Positions 63,980 through 64,000 of a DNA stretch of 64,000 bases are shown here, piece after piece. The DNA lies in the IMG/VR virus record IMGVR_UViG_3300042885_001472. One strand, given 5' to 3'. The position numbers and the translations under genes are program-made. Position 1 is the stretch's first letter. Each line of letters opens with the position of its first letter. Under the pieces are notes generated by a model. It searched no databases. It was given only the letters and a program-made list of their open reading frames with translations, and was not told where the DNA came from. Origin of the DNA: a virus. Taxonomy: Duplodnaviria; Caudoviricetes.

Positions 63980-64000
63980 ACAACCTAGATAAACACCTAT

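Noticed and set aside
1-64000. CRISPR array
   Set aside because: No run of three or more regularly spaced identical repeats with unique spacers; the 34-bp and 20-bp repeats occur only twice.
1-64000. Alternative genetic code (TAG or TGA recoding)
   Set aside because: Recognisable genes are full length under the standard code, and TAG and TGA occur at sensible gene ends, including ATGA overlaps.

Overview
A very AT-rich, densely coded window with mostly short hypothetical ORFs. It uses the standard stop codons and has no housekeeping operons, so it is most consistent with a large (jumbo-type) phage of a Bacteroidota host. Host evidence is the TAnnTTTG promoters, T9SS-type C-terminal domains and lipoproteins; no capsid, terminase or polymerase gene is in view, so phage identity is an inference. 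Recognisable genes: a ClpC chaperone fractured into three ORFs by two atypically split inteins, with a Vsr/DUF559-like endonuclease gene between the halves of the second; ClpP; two C5 DNA methyltransferases; an RNA ligase with a cyclic-phosphate receiver partner; an HD hydrolase; SLOG/YspA; KTSC; DUF192; an HNH protein; a GH24 lysozyme; a secreted non-specific endonuclease; kinase-like, zincin and LRR proteins; and a captured 2.2 kb piece of a host tandem array of ice-binding protein genes. Two gene classes are evident. About 28 genes begin with a shared leader ending in [ILV]-x-E, and many sit 3-7 nt behind a TATTTAT motif. The long arrays of small genes (about 14.5-27.2 kb on the minus strand and 55.6-64 kb on the plus strand) lack this leader and use host-type TAnnTTTG promoters. 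Top leads: (1) the doubly split-intein ClpC with closely related IntC halves; (2) the putative capsid-targeting leader and cargo system; (3) the ice-binding gene capture bounded by a 5-bp direct repeat. All calls are from motif recognition by eye; no searches were run.
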